A DNA stretch of 64,000 nt from Nemertoderma westbladi (Eukaryota; Animalia; Xenacoelomorpha): NCBI GenBank assembly GCA_032718475.1, contig JAUCBJ010003878.1, forward strand, positions 8,588-72,587. The letters run 5' to 3'. The notes beneath the pieces were generated by a model. The model was not told the DNA's origin, did no database searches, and saw only the letters and a program-made list of their open reading frames with translations. The position numbers were made by a program, and so were the translations under genes. The first letter of the stretch is position 1; each line of letters opens with the position of its first letter. Of the stretch, positions 13,361-27,398 are shown one piece after another.

Positions 13361-15187
13361 ACCCCCAGTCACACGATTTCTCATTTCTGAACAACTTATT
13401 ACATTATTCATTAAAGTTTCATTAACAACTCAGTATTAGTAAGGCTTAGTAACAACAGCTTAGTATGGGCCGAGACACGAAGTAAGGTGAGCATTAGGCT
13501 TGGCTTGGTGGTTCCAATTTATCAAACTGTCGTTCGATTCGAATATTTGAACGTTAATAACTCAGCCAATCCTTGATGAAATGTAACCAGGTTCAACCAG
13601 TTCGAGTCTACAGTGGCAAGAGGGTGAAATGTCTGATAAAAGTTAAAACTTTCTCCCATTTACTTCAGTTTAATCCGCACAAGCTGAATGACAAGCAGAT
13701 TGACCTTAAACCGAATAGCTGTTCCTTCGTCATATCGCTGCTCTGAATATTTGACACTATTAATTAATTCTACGGAATTAAATTAAATTTGGTTCCCATG
13801 AGTCTGTCAAAATATTATAAATCTTACAAAAAAAATTGGAAGGTGTTTGGGGGGGGGGGGGGTCGCGCATAATGTGAAGACTAATAGGCTTACGCAGCAT
13901 AAAAATACAGCTGCAATGCAGCATGTCGATCCTAGTAGTACAGTAGTGTGCGCAAAGTAGCCAAGAACTTGTAATACCCACGTTGGCAGCGGTTTAATTA
14001 ACTTTGTGTCTATTTATAAGATTTTATTTTAATCAAATTAGTGCAATGAAAATAACCCTTTTATTATTTTAAAATAACCAAATTAAGAAAGTCATATAAA
14101 TGTAACATTTAAATATTTTATTCAAATCGAACTTTTTTCTTTGGTCTCGAATTAACCGGTATTCACAATAGTCGCTATCTTCCGGGGCGTCATCTTCTTC
14201 GTCCCACTGGGAACTAAACAGAATATAATCGTCCCAATCGTCGTGAAGAAGTTGAAGAAGTACCCACATCGGAATGAACAATACTGGTTTTTATTTAACA
14301 TGACGTTATAGTTCGGCAACGATCATAATTATAAACCTCTTGTATCAACTGAATCCCGAGAAAGTGGGTATCAGTTTAAATTGATAGCCGCGATGGTTTC
14401 AAAACTCGACAACAATATAGTTAATACATTCACTATAATTCAAATAGACATTAAATATATAGTTAATAGTAAATATTAATAACTGGCCAACTAATGTATA
14501 GTACATAGATGTACCAATTAACCACTCAAATGCTGTACATGATAATGAGGGACGGTAATTAGGTGAGACGCATTGTTATTGGATTCATATAGACGACAAA
14601 AATTACGTTGATTTTCCCCTGTAGAGGATTACATTTTTCTTGCTCGAAAGTCCCCCCATCTGCAGCATTAATGAATGTTAACTTACAACACAATTTAAAC
14701 CTCCCACCAAGCCTCTTCGCTTTTATTGGAAAATTTAATTATCCTACTATAAGCTACAAGGTGCAGTAATGGTTGGTTGATGATTTTTCTATGAGATTTA
14801 ACTAACTGTTGCTTAAAAGCAACAAGTACAACAAACTGACAAAGGGTTAACAATTAACGGAAAGGAGCAGGTTATACTGTACAGTAGTTGCGGGCATTTT
14901 CTAACCAAATTAATATACGAAAATAAAAACAGATGCTGCAGTATAAATGTTGTTACGTGATTTTCAATAAAATTAAAAGTCCCAAAAATAGGTAATCGCC
15001 CTTTCTGCTTTCAGCCCTAGGCCAGGACCTAACTGCTACCGTATTAACATTACCACCTAATGCAGTACACAGTACTGTAGCTGCGGCAGTGCGGTGTAGC
15101 CTATTTGTGTAGAGCAGTGCAGAAGGCTAGCTGGCTCGGCATACTACCGGTACGGGACCCTAACTGCTGAACTGCAGTTGCAGAGTT

Positions 15188-15428
15188 ATGGGCGATCAGG
15201 AGGATACACAACAACTAACATCAATACCAGTCGAAGATGAGGTTTCTAATTCCTCCACTCGGGAGCGGGAGGTCGATACAATGCCGGTAACGCAACCACC
15301 GGTTCGGGATCGCCGTTGTGGATCTGTTGACGTGGGTGTGGAAGCGAACGCGGGACAGCCCGACCTCAGAGATCGCACCAAGGACATGTTCGCTAAAATT
15401 CACACATATATCCAAGGAGAACTAGAAG
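15188..15428 (+). CDS. BLOC1S2: BLOC-1 subunit 2, exon 1
   Basis: ATG ORF ending ...DLRDRTKDMFAKIHTYIQGELE, the conserved BLOC1S2 helix. Donor G|GTAGGC at 15429. Confidence 0.85.
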
Positions 15429-15661
15429 GTAGGCTATGACGAGACTAAAACTCCTAAAAAGGCTGCAGGCGGTAGGTACCTAAATAAAGGTATAAAGCAG
15501 TGCATGCATTGGCTGTATTGTCTAAATCCTGTGATCTGGTGATGGGATGGCAGGGATGACTAAGATATTTTTTGAATTTCTTTACATTATTTCTAGAGTG
15601 TTGACTGTTGAGCCTCACAATTTGCCATTGAGTTTTATCATTAGGCGTAAGTACAGAAGTA

Positions 15662-16864
15662 CCGTAATTCGGGGTGACTTGATACATTGAGGTGACTTGA
15701 TACATTGAGGTGACTTGATACAGCAAGTTATACTTTTTTTCTTTAACGGATTGTGGGTGATTGCGTGATGTTATAATAAAAATTGAAATATTAGAAGATG
15801 TCTGAATAAATTGTCTATCAAATAGTAAAATAAATTTTGTCATTGCTTCGCATTTGTGATCACTAGAACCAAAAATGCATTTTTCAAAAATTCACTTTTT
15901 TTTAATGTCAAAATATAGGTCGAATTTTTGACACTTTGGGTTAATGTTGTTCAAAAATTATTTTTACAGATGCTAATACATGAGTTTCAATATTATGATC
16001 CTAAAAAAAATTTCCAAATTTTCATATGAATTGGGGGTGGAGTGCCCGTTTTTTGAAAGTGTATCTTAAAATGGGGTGACTTGATACATATATACGGTAT
16101 ATTGTAGGCGAAAATGTTCTGATACCTGTGACTTAAACGTTGATTTGGCAAAATTTGTGCTTAAATTCATTGATTTAGTTTGCAGTTTTTTCTAAAATGT
16201 TTTGTCTTATTTACTGGTGACAGGATGTCACAATGCAATGAAAGTCTTTTTCGTTTTTAAACTTCAATTTAACTTGTTAAATATTGTTATATGTTAAATT
16301 TTCTAAAATATTTTATCTTTACTTAAACCTTAAATTTGCAAAATTTGTGCTTAAATTCATTGTTTTAGTTTCCAGTTTTTTCTAAAATGTATTGTCTTAC
16401 TTACTGGTGTCAGGATGTCACTATGCAATGAAGGTCTTTTTCGTTTTTAAAGTGCAATTTAACTTGTTAAATATGAAATATTTTGCCATAAAAAATGGAG
16501 TTATTTTTAATTTTAGCCATAATTTTATATCCCCGTTAGGTGGGGACTTCGTTCTTTTTTTAAAATTTCCAAGATGTATCAAGTCACCCCCACAGCCTAC
16601 AACATGATCCAAACTCATTCACAGAGTGGTATTATTGCGGAAAATTTGCTTGTGTATCAAGTCACCCCGTTGTGTGGGGTGACTTGATACAGCTGGTTTT
16701 TAAGAAAAAACACCACTAGACTAAGCACCTGAAATAGTGCTTTAGTCTAGTGGCGTAGTACTCATCCCGACTATAAAATTTTCTTTTTATTCCATCTGTG
16801 TAGGATAAAAACTTCAGAAGATATTCACAGTTAAAGGCAAAAACTGTATCAAGTCCCCCTACGG
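15662..16864. mobile_element. Non-autonomous DNA transposon (Tc1/mariner, Tc2/pogo-like) in BLOC1S2 intron 1
   Basis: TA|CCGTA...GGGGTGACTTGATAC and GTATCAAGTCCCCCTACGG|TA ends. Multiple internal GGTGACTTGATAC motifs in both orientations and an internal ~140-bp direct duplication. Confidence 0.7.
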
Positions 16865-17244
16865 TACTACACCTTTCTGCCTTTTATCCAATATCTCGAA
16901 ATCTAATTTATCTCTTATTATGATATAAATGTGTCACCAGGTTAGCCTATAGAGGGGAAGAGCAAGAGGTAAGGTGAAAGGAACCAAAACGGTAAGCGAG
17001 AGTTAGGAATATTATTATAGAAAGCCCAATTTACCCAATACAACAGTTAAGTTTTTATCAAATAATGAAATTAATTGATATTTTGTAAAATGTCTTGTTC
17101 GATATGCCAAAAAGGTAACAGGGTGGTTACCACATCCAAAATTACACCCTAAGCGACAGATTGCACTCGCACGGCTTTATCTGGTCTAATCCTTCTGGTT
17201 ATCGATTCAATAATTTTACTGACAACTTTATTTCATTTCTCCAG

Positions 17245-17364
17245 GTACAACCGATGACTACCGGTTGTTGGAACGGATGAATAGGGTGGTCGAGGAACGA
17301 TACGGCGTCATGTTGAGTCTAACAGAAAGTGTGGCGGTTAATATGAAACAGTTAAACAACCAAT
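17245..17364 (+). CDS. BLOC1S2: BLOC-1 subunit 2, exon 2
   Basis: ttctccAG acceptor. Reads GTTDDYRLLERMNRVVEERYGVMLSLTESVAVNMKQLNNQ. Donor T|GTGAGT; phases are consistent. Confidence 0.9.
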
Positions 17365-17595
17365 GTGAGTTCATTATATTTTCGCATCCCTTTTTTTACA
17401 AATTTAAAGTTTAACAGATAATACCGAAGTTTAACCGAAGTATACTTCGCCCTAGTTATGACCCTGCTTTTACACACACAACTTCCTGTACCAACGAATC
17501 ACTACGTCGACATGTTGATCTGATCTAGTGAATTTATCCCGTCACCCCCTTTCAAGTTCTTGAAAGATTTCATTTCTTGTTTACAAATAACAATA

Positions 17596-17938
17596 TATGG
17601 GCATAAGGGTATAATCTAACACAACGACTCAACCGATTTTCGTTCTGTTTGCAGAATTACGTAAAGGAATATTCCACGCAAAAATTGTGTTGACAGAATT
17701 TTGAAATTTTATTTCCAAAAAAGGGTAATGGCATTTTTTGTGTAAAAAATCGCGAAATTTTGGATTTTTTTCGATTTTTGTGTACTTTTGAAACGAAAAA
17801 TTCCATAACTTTTTTTGAAACAAAATTTCAAAATTCTGTCAACACAATTTTTGCGTGGAATATTCCTTTACATAATTCTGCAAGCAGAACGAAAATCGAA
17901 TGAGTAGTTAAAAAGTAGATAGATAGAGTGTCCCATAA
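17596..17938. mobile_element. Foldback/MITE-like inverted repeat in BLOC1S2 intron 2
   Basis: ~84-bp near-perfect inverted arms at 17627-17710 and 17822-17905, plus weak outer TATGGG(A)CA inverted ends. Confidence 0.65.
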
Positions 17939-18207
17939 AAGACAACGCGAGAAAAGTCACATTAAACATTTCCTCCTGATTACAACTGACCAAACATGCA
18001 CCAAAAGTGAACAATTTTTAAATTTTATCAAAATTATCTTATTTTGCTGTTTTGCCGAGCGAGGGCGAGTTTAATAAAGGGTCGAGATAATATTGAAAAA
18101 AAACGTGTTCGATCAAAAAAATAACAATTTAAGAATAAAAACATTTTTGTCCTCTATTTTTGAGTAACAAACAAGCAGAATAATCTTATTTGTTTGTACT
18201 TTTTCAG

Positions 18208-18347
18208 ATACGGATTTGGAGCCTTGGTTATCGGAAATCGACCAATTGGAGGTCAGCGTTGAACACTTGGAACAAGCGGCTTATAAAATTGATGCTTATA
18301 GTAAACAATTGGATGCGAAATACAAACAGTTGTGCAGTAGACCATAA
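18208..18347 (+). CDS. BLOC1S2: BLOC-1 subunit 2, exon 3
   Basis: ttttcAG acceptor. Reads YTDLEPWLSEIDQLEVSVEHLEQAAYKIDAYSKQLDAKYKQLCSRP*, matching the family motif LEQAAYKLDAYSK. Confidence 0.92.
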
Positions 18348-18500
18348 ATAGATAAAATTAAAATTAGTAATTTAATTACTTATTTATTTATTTATAATTA
18401 TTTATCATACTTGTTTATCGAAGTATATAAGTTTTGTAATAATAAACATAAATTACATCATGCCTATTTATTATGGGGGGTCCAGCTAATTAATTACAAT

Positions 18501-19077
18501 CAGGGTAACCACTCTATTTCACTTTCAATTTCCTCTGACTTTTTCCTGACTTTTTGACTAAATTGCCTGACTGCGGGTACAATACATTTTATTATAGAAT
18601 ATATTATGACTTCTTTATCTTCTTCATTCGCTATATTATTCTACTGTACAATAAAAGTTATATAGATATAATAAACAAGTTCTCCAATATCAATCAATAT
18701 ATCAGCAAACTACCAAACTTAGGAAGAAGCAGCATAGAATCTGCCTATATGGCACGTAACACTTTAAGGAATCAAATGTCAAAGATATATTGGTTGGACA
18801 AAGTTATAACATTTGAACCGCTAAACAGATTTCTGTCATTCAAGTATCGTTGGAAAGCTAATTTTTGCTCTTTAACATATAAATTGTAAAATTGTAGCAC
18901 AAATGTAAATATACACTTATATTATAATTATACAATTAATTTTTAGAAAGTAAATCCCAAGAAGCGAGCAGAGACAATATATGCGTTGACCTTTCCATTA
19001 TTTGGCCATTTTTCACAAGATTTTCCTGACATTTGAAGAAAAAATGAATTTCTGACTATTCTGGCACTGGCAACCTT
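18501..19077. mobile_element. Degenerate hAT-like MITE
   Basis: CAGGGTAACCA ... TGGCAACCTT ends, with repeated TTTCCTGAC subterminal motifs near both ends. Confidence 0.4.
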
Positions 19078-19766
19078 TTTTTTAATTAAAAAAAGTCAGC
19101 TTTCAGCTGATAATAACCAAATCATATGTTATGTGGGGCGAGCCGCGCAGTCAGGGTGAGCCTTAGCGCACAATTATAATTAGTAAATAGGGTAAAATTT
19201 CATGTCCGTCTGTAATGAAAAATTGATTCGTAAATAACTTTTGTCCGTCCGTCTGTAATGAAAAATTCCTTCGTAAATAACTTTTGAAGATTTTAACCAT
19301 TTTCAAACAAATTTTGTATCGGCATACTAGAGAAAAAGTTTCAATATTTTTCAAATTTACGGGCAAATACCTCTTGAACTTTTGACTCCAGGTCAAATCG
19401 AACTTGTTTCAAACTTGCTCAAGTTCGCGTGCTGCGCGACGCCCCATGAACGTGTTATTGTGTACTTCTGAGACTAATAAAAGTGAATTTTATTGACCGG
19501 GGTGGAACATAAAATTACATTCAGTATTAGCATTGGTCACTTGTCATTCAGTACCGGTACTGCATCTCCTCAACTACAGTATATAGTGATGCACAGTAGA
19601 TCAATTGTTTCACGCATTCTTAGAGCCAAATGTGAGGCATTGAACCGCGATCCTTTAAGCCTGTTTTGCTTGCACCCCGCCTGGTGTGGTTGTGGGGCGA
19701 GCCAGGAAGGTGGCGGAGCCTTAGAGAACTGAAACTGATAGGGGGTGGGTCAATAATGGCAAATAG

Positions 19767-20600
19767 TTGTCGTCTGCGTTCAAATTTTTACATGCTATAG
19801 TTAATTGGGCAACCAAGGTGAGAGATTTATTGAACACCCTCGGTTACAGTAATGTGTGGTCCACCCAGAGTGAATTAATACAGTCCAGAACGCAGTTCCT
19901 TGCATCAGTAAAAGTTCGCATCAGAGATCAATTTAAACAGAGATGGAGACAGGATATTGTCGAATCACCAAAGGGAGTTTTTTACATTAAGGAAACCTTC
20001 AGGACATCTTCATATATTCAACTTCTGCATAATCATTTAAGTCTAAGACAGTCATTTGCGCGCTTCCGTTGTAGTTCCCACTATCTTGCAATCGAAACCG
20101 GTAGATGGTATAACATTCCTCGGGATCAACGTCTTTGTATTGTTTGTGGCAACGGAGATGTGAAGGACGAGTACCATTTCCTTCTGGTATGCGAGAAATA
20201 TAATTCTTTACGTTGTAATTATCTTGGTCGGTTCTTTTCTCGGTACCCGTCCATTTTCAAATTCAACAAATTGATGTGCGCGTTCGACAATAACATAGTT
20301 TTCGGAATAGCATTGTATATATTCTATGCAATGAAGGCAAGGGGATCTGTACTAAGGGGCTCGGGTTTTGAAAACTATACATAACATATTTTTGCTTTGA
20401 AATGCGATTTCTTATTATATTTATTTTTATTGTGTGCTCTTCAATATTGTTTATTTTCATTTTGGAATATATTGTATAGATAAGCTCTATATTGTTGATG
20501 TGCAGTATAATTTGTAAATAATTATCCATAACTGTGCTTGTGCTTGTAATCTATCAACAGGGGTCTTAAGTGCCCTAAGTTTGAATAATATACTAACTAT
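19767..20600 (+). mobile_element. 3' fragment of a non-LTR retrotransposon (ORF2 C-terminus with CCHC zinc knuckle, plus 3' UTR)
   Basis: ORF 19767-20384 contains RFRCSSHYLAIETGRW...C-x2-C...DEYHFLLVC, typical of LINE ORF2 C-termini. No RT domain is present (5'-truncated). Confidence 0.8.
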
Positions 20601-22599
20601 TACTGCTATTAACGATCGGGTTTAAAGCTGTAGAGTTGAAAATGTGTAGGTATCAACCCAAACGTTGAGATTTTTTAGGGACTTTTAGGCATCATTAGTT
20701 CCCTCTACCGCTAGAGGGTTCACGTTTCTTTGCTTTTAATCCTTTCAAGCTGAAACTTGTCCGATATGTACTAGAACACTTACTACTACTATTGATTGCA
20801 ATGTAATTCAATTCATTCATTCATTCAATATTTTATATTGAATTGTAATTCAATGTAAGCTGATTGATTTCAATACTAAAACTGATTGAATGCATATAAA
20901 CTAATTGATTTCAATAGCAAAACTGATTGAATGCGTATACTGGTTGATAGTATAAATATTGGATTTTGGGCCATTTGTGATGCCATAGGGGTAGCTTTGT
21001 ATCTTTATTATTTTATCGAATTGGGATGCAGCAGTTAAAAAATGTTAAGATTATTATTATACATATGTACAGTAATACATTTGGTTCCATTAGGTATCCA
21101 TACGGTAATTAAAAATTGAGTGACACCTAAAGGAACAAGCAGCAAACAATGTCAGCCAAAACAATTAACTAGAGTGCATAGGTGACACTTTTATATTAGT
21201 TCACATTTCGCAATACCGTACCAGACGACGTGGATGTCGGTTGTCGCTTGTCGGCATAGCGTAGAGGAGTTAGTAGATCTTGCTGACTAACGTGAATGGA
21301 GACGCATTCATTATGGCATTAAAAGAGCACTGAATAATGGGAGTAATTAAATATACTTTCAGTATCCATCGAAATGCCTGGGTGTGGTCTGGTAATTCTG
21401 CCTCACCGTATAACGAAAGTATTTTAATGTATCCAGTCAGCGAGTACTAAACTCTCGCTTACAGGAGTTAGCAGGTTGATGACCCTTACTCAGCTACTGC
21501 CTACGGAAACGAGAATTGTCTCATAAGCTATCCTCGACATTCTTATCTAGCTAGACTATCTTAAATTTGACTCCCATTTCCATCGACCCAACCTAAACTG
21601 ATTTTAAACCTTCATAATAAGATAATACCGGTAATACAGTAATAATAAAACAAGGCTTAGTCTTTCTTTTCTGCTACTGCAGTACCGGCAGACTGGTAAC
21701 TAACTGAGACTGACTGAGTTGAGTACTGGAGTACAGGTAGCCAGGTAGCGGTCAGGCGGTAGGTAACAGGGTAAAGTACTGCAGTACTGTTGTACTCTGG
21801 TACTACTGGCAGATTGGCTGACTGGTAAGTGGTACTGGCTGACTGGTCTGCTGGCTGCTGGGCTGGCTGGCAGGCTCAGGCTGGTAACCCCAACCAAAAT
21901 AGGAAAGCGAATATTCGTTGGTTTGGTGCCATTGGTGATTGGAATTTGGAGGTGGAGATAGAGCACATTGCAGCATTGTGACATTAGCTGATTATAGGCC
22001 TACAGCATTAGCAGTGCTGCAGTGCATTGCATTGGCAGATTGCAGCAGCAGGCATACACGCGCAGACGTGCCGGCGTCAGGAGACTACTGCCCTATAATT
22101 GGAATTTTGTCCGGATTGAGTGCTAAAAATTGAAAATGTCATTACAAAAAAAGTGTGTCGGCGAATGGGATTTGAACTCGGTACCTACTTGTGTACTTAC
22201 TCTGTTACTGTCTTATACAGCTGTACAGTCTGACAGTTATTGTATCCTATTAGCCTATAGTCCTACACTATACTGCTATACCGGCACCGCAGATACCGTC
22301 AACCGTCTGACCGTATACCGTACTGCCGTAGGCCTAATACATAGCCTAATACATCATACTATCAGATTCATTATATTTAATTTCTTACTGTACAGTCAGA
22401 CAGTTGACTGTGTGATGTTGCTTCTACCGTAGTAATTTGCAATTTGTGCCGAATAGGCCTATTCGTCAACTCAAATTTTAAAATTCGGCCGAAACCGAAT
22501 ATGCCATATTCGACAAAATTACAGAATTAGGTTCTGTTACCGAACTGCCGAACCGAATAATTCGGTCGATCCCTTTGGCAGGTACAGCATCGCGCAGAC

Positions 22600-22930
22600 C
22601 TCGTGCAACTGTGCAAGCATACCGATATCTCACTGCTGCACTGTGCAGCTGTGCACTGGAATGGAATCGGTCGACTTCAGATCAGAAACATGCTCACACT
22701 CGCAGAAGCCAACATCCGCGGCCATTCGTTTAAGCTAATCAAACCGCGCGCTCCTCTCCTCCAACGCAACGCAACAATCCATTTCTGGGTCGTTGACCCC
22801 TCTGAACGGAACGCCTTATCCGAATCTGTAGTAACCGCACACTTAACGCTTTCAAATCGAGATTCAATAACCACTACAAAAACTTGCCGCTCAAATTTAC
22901 CCCCTCCTACCCTCCTGGTGGTCCGAATAA
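22600..22930 (+). mobile_element. Decayed CR1-like LINE 3' end
   Basis: Translation NIRGHSFKLIKPR resembles the CR1 ORF2 C-terminal motif TRGHxxKL. Frameshifted remnants follow. Confidence 0.5.
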
Positions 22931-24844
22931 CGAGACTTACAGTCAATCCCCCCCCCCCCCCCCCCCCCCCGTCTCCACAAACTCACATTAGTTATATTTA
23001 ATTGTTTTCTTTTTTTAGTCAGTTAGTCGCACATCGATATTTATTTTTATCTTATTTCAGTATTTTACTTATCTACTTATTTTTCACTTTATCTACTTAT
23101 TTTTATGGAACTATTTTATCTTACAGTCTTATTTTACTTATCTAGGCCTAACTATATTTCATCGTATCAATTATACAGTACTGCAGTAATCAGGTAATTT
23201 CTACCAATCGTTCGTATTTTTAAATAGACCCAAACCAAATGGTGCAACTATCTCTGCAACTATCTATATTACTTGTGATTTTATTTCTCAAATAATCCCA
23301 TTCATATGCTATATTTTATTTTAATTAAATCCATCAGTTCTACATACCAAACTGTTTGATACAACGATTTTATCGAATTTTTAATATTATTTTATATTTT
23401 ATTTGAACCCTTATTTTCTCACCGTGTAGTGTAAGCTAATCCATGTAAATTCATGTGTTCAAATGTTTTGACCTATTTTACAAACCGTACTGTTTTTTAG
23501 CCTTGGATTTATCTGATATTTTAAATTAATTTTATATTTTATTTTAACCCTTAAACTGTGTAATTATTTTCCCTACGTGTACAGGTGTAGTGCAGTAGTG
23601 TAAACTATTCCATGTAAATTTATGTGTTCAAATGTCTTGATCTATTTTACATACCGTACTGTTTTTATACGCCATGATTCTACAGTTCTATCTAATATAT
23701 TACAAAATTTTATCAGTTTCATGATTTTACTAAACGTTTGCTACATGTACAGCCTACTGTACAGTGTACATACATACATACCGGTAATACATATTATTTA
23801 CTTTCAGTTCTGCAGTTTGACCTTTCCAGTAATTGGTGTTTCTATCGATTTGTTTTGTACGGGTGCCATAAGTATTTAGCTTTCTTTACCCTCAACTATT
23901 AAACATAATATTTGAAACATTACCAGTAGTTTAAAAAGGCTTAGCATAATGTAGGCCTACCACGGACCACACAGGTATTTAACTCGATTGACTGTTTAAT
24001 TCAAATTTGGGGCAGATTGAATAAGAAGGAAAGTCGGTAGCTATTAAATGTCTGCCACTGCCGGTAGCTATCAGTGTTGCAAATTCAGCAATAGCAACAC
24101 ACGAATTAGGCTGCGATTATATTTCCGGACATATTTTGGCTGTAACTCCACTAGCTGACAGGCTGACTAGTCCTCAAAGCAGAACCAGGACACATTTTGA
24201 CTATAATTCACGTTTTTGGACATAATGTGACGTTTTATATTTTTAATATTAACAGATTAATGATAGTTATCCCGACGATGTGATGGGAGATTCTAATTCT
24301 CAAATTAATTTATACAGAATTTCTGAATTTTATGGCGATTCTAATAATTTTAAGGCTTAATTTTTAGAATGCCAATGTTGAAATTTTCTCTGCCGGTTTT
24401 CCAATGAAATTTAGCATTGTTTTCTTAAACTTAAGAATTTATTTATCTGCTTAAATTATTTTTAAGTAAACCCGGCATTTTAAAGCCGGGGCCGGGTCTG
24501 AAAAATCAACCGTTTCCTACACAGGATACCCTGCTGCGGCTGCCCTGGTCATGTCATGCCATACTCACCAAGCTCTCTAAGCAGTACATCAGTACGCCTA
24601 CTGACAGACTGGTGGCTGGGTGGTAATGTTGTGAAGACTGGCGAAACTTGACTCCCTGTTTTATCTTTCTGTTTTATTATATTTTAACTTCCTGTACGTA
24701 TCCTTACCGTACGTTGGGGACCGTCCCTTAAAACACTTATATATGTATTTATAATTTATATATATACCGCTTATTTTATAATGCTTTAAAAAATTAAAAT
24801 TTTTTTCATTAACATTTTTTCTACCGACTGTCTGACGATACTTT

Positions 24845-25110
24845 ACCTCAATTAGTAAAGTGATTGATCGTTTATTGTTTTGGTTAGAAAACCCCGCCTC
24901 TGTTACCTGCTCCTTTCCCTCAATTAGTAAAGTGACTGTGTATTGTCTTGGCAGCTTGGGGTTTGGTAAAGTGATCGTTTATTGTTTTGGTTAGAAAAGC
25001 CCGCCTCTCAGCCTCTGCAGCCTGCTCCTTTCCCACAATTGTTAAAGTGGCCGTTTATTGTTTTGGTTAGAATAGCCTGCCTATCTGCCTATGTAATCTG
25101 CTCCTTTCCC
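24845..25110. repeat. Three diverged copies of a ~70-100-bp unit upstream of PP2A-A
   Basis: Recurring GTTTATTGTTTTGGTTAGAA...GCCT...CTGCTCCTTTCCC and AGTAAAGTGA blocks. Confidence 0.6.
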
Positions 25111-25893
25111 TGAAAAAATGGTGAAATTAATTTGCTGCACTGCACATGAAATTAATTTGAATTGTTTAATACTCGTACCGGCAGACCGGTATTTCTATTA
25201 TTATACTCAGATTATGATGTTATGTATAATAAAAATATTGATTGAGAAACCATGTTTATCTAAAATCTTTATAATTTTTGGGAAAATTTTTCCCGTCTTT
25301 TTTCCCGCTATTTCCCCGAGGAGACCGGGAAATTTGTGAAAAATATCAGAGTCTTTTCATATATAGACATTGTAGAAATGAAATATGAGAAAAATTTTCT
25401 AAGTGTTTCCCACCAGACAAGTGTTTTAGACACATGTGTTTTTTGCGTTTCGGTGCCCCCCAAACCGGAAATTCCCTCCTGTTTTATGATATATTTGAAC
25501 ATATTAATAGAACAAGTTGCTCCAAAGGTATCAAAAAAGCGCATCCCCACCCGATATTACCGGTATGAGCTTAAAAATACCTCAAATTTAACCAAAAAAC
25601 AAAAATTTTCGACAGTCTATTACCGGTACCAGAATTTGAAATTTGGGGTAGGCCTAACCCCAAACTGCCAAAATTGATGATCTCCCTGACTGTTTATTTC
25701 GGTTTAAAGTTTAAACTTAGTTTCGTTCTTACGTCAGTACCGGTACGTAATTAGTTATTGTGTTTGTGTTTTGTAACCATCTCTTTCATAATTACATATA
25801 CCATACTTTCTCTGATTTTAATAATAAACCGACTAGATTCATTATAACTGTTTATCAACAATAATATAATCATAATATATAAGTAATATTAAT

Positions 25894-27398
25894 ATGGCAG
25901 CTGCGGACACGAACGATGAATCTCTCTACCCTATCGCAGTTCTTATCGACGAGTTGCGTAACGAAGACGTACAACTACGACTCAACAGCATCAAGAAGTT
26001 GTCGACGATCGGGTTGGCCTTGGGGGTTGAGCGGACCCGCAGCGAGTTGATACCCTTCCTCACCGACACCATCTATGACGAGGACGAGGTTCTACTCGCT
26101 TTGGCCGAGCAGTTGGGGGCCTTCACCTCGCTGTGCGGCGGTCCCGATTTCGTCCACTGTCTGCTCCCTCCGCTCGAGAGTCTCGCCACCGTGGAGGAGA
26201 CGGTAGTTCGCGACAAGGCGGTCGACTCGCTCCGACTTATATCCTCGGAGCACTCGGCCGCCGATCTAGAGACCTACTTTGTCCCGATGGTTAAACGCCT
26301 CTCGGTAGGCGACTGGTTCACCTCCCGGACCTCGGCGTGCGGGCTGTTCGCTGTCTGCTATCCGAGGGCCTCCACAGCTCTCAAACAGGAGTTGCGCGCA
26401 CAGTTCAATAACCTCTGTCAGGACGACACGCCCATGGTTAGACGGGCGGCGGCTGCGAAGTTAGGCGAGTTTGCCAAAGCCGTCGATAAGGAGTGTCTAA
26501 AGAACGACGTACTCCCTATGTTCCAACGTCTAGCCGCAGACGAGCAGGACTCTGTGCGACTTCTAGCGGTGGAAGCGGGTATCGTAATCGCGGAGTTACT
26601 CAGCGCGATGAGTCCCGCCGATGTGGAGACGCACATGATGCCGACTATTAAAGCCGCGACGGAAGATAAATCGTGGCGGGTTCGTTACGTCATCGCGGAT
26701 CGGTTCACGGAGTTGCAACGCAGCGTCGGCCCCGAACTGACCCGTCGGGATCTCGTACACCACTACCAGAACCTCCTGAAGGATTGCGAGGCCGAGGTTC
26801 GAGCCGCTTCGGCTGCTAAACTCCGGGATTTCGCGGTCGCCTTACCGCCTGAGTCGCAAAGTGAGGTGATAATGAACTCGTTGCTTCCGGCCGTGAAGGA
26901 TTTAGTTCAGGACGCTAACCAGTACGTTAAGACCGCACTCGCGTCAGTGATTATGGGTCTCAGTCCCGTTATGGGTAAAGAAAATACAATGGAGCATCTT
27001 CTACCGCTGTTCCTCGTCCAACTCAAGGACGATTGCCCCGAAGTTCGTCTCAACATCATCTCGAACCTCGAGGCGGTTAACAACGTCATCGGGGTCTCTC
27101 AACTCAGGGAGTCCTTGCTCCCCGCCATCATGGAGTTGGCCGAGGACGGGAAATGGCGCGTTCGCCTCGCAATCATCGAGTACATCCCGCTGCTGGCTGG
27201 GCAGCTCGGTCACGAGTTCTTCGACGAGAAGCTCAACACGTTGTGTATGACGTGGTTGGGGGACAACGTGTTCGCCATCAGGGAAGCCGCAACTCTCAAT
27301 CTGAGGAAGTTGGTTGATTTATTCGGCGTCGATTGGGCGAGACAGACGGTTATCCCGAAAGTTATACAGATGTCGCGGGCACAGAACTATCTACATAG
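25894..27398 (+). CDS. PPP2R1A: PP2A 65-kDa scaffold (A) subunit, exon 1
   Basis: [39 protein letters not shown]... HEAT repeats. Donor AG|GTGAGT at 27399. Confidence 0.97.
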
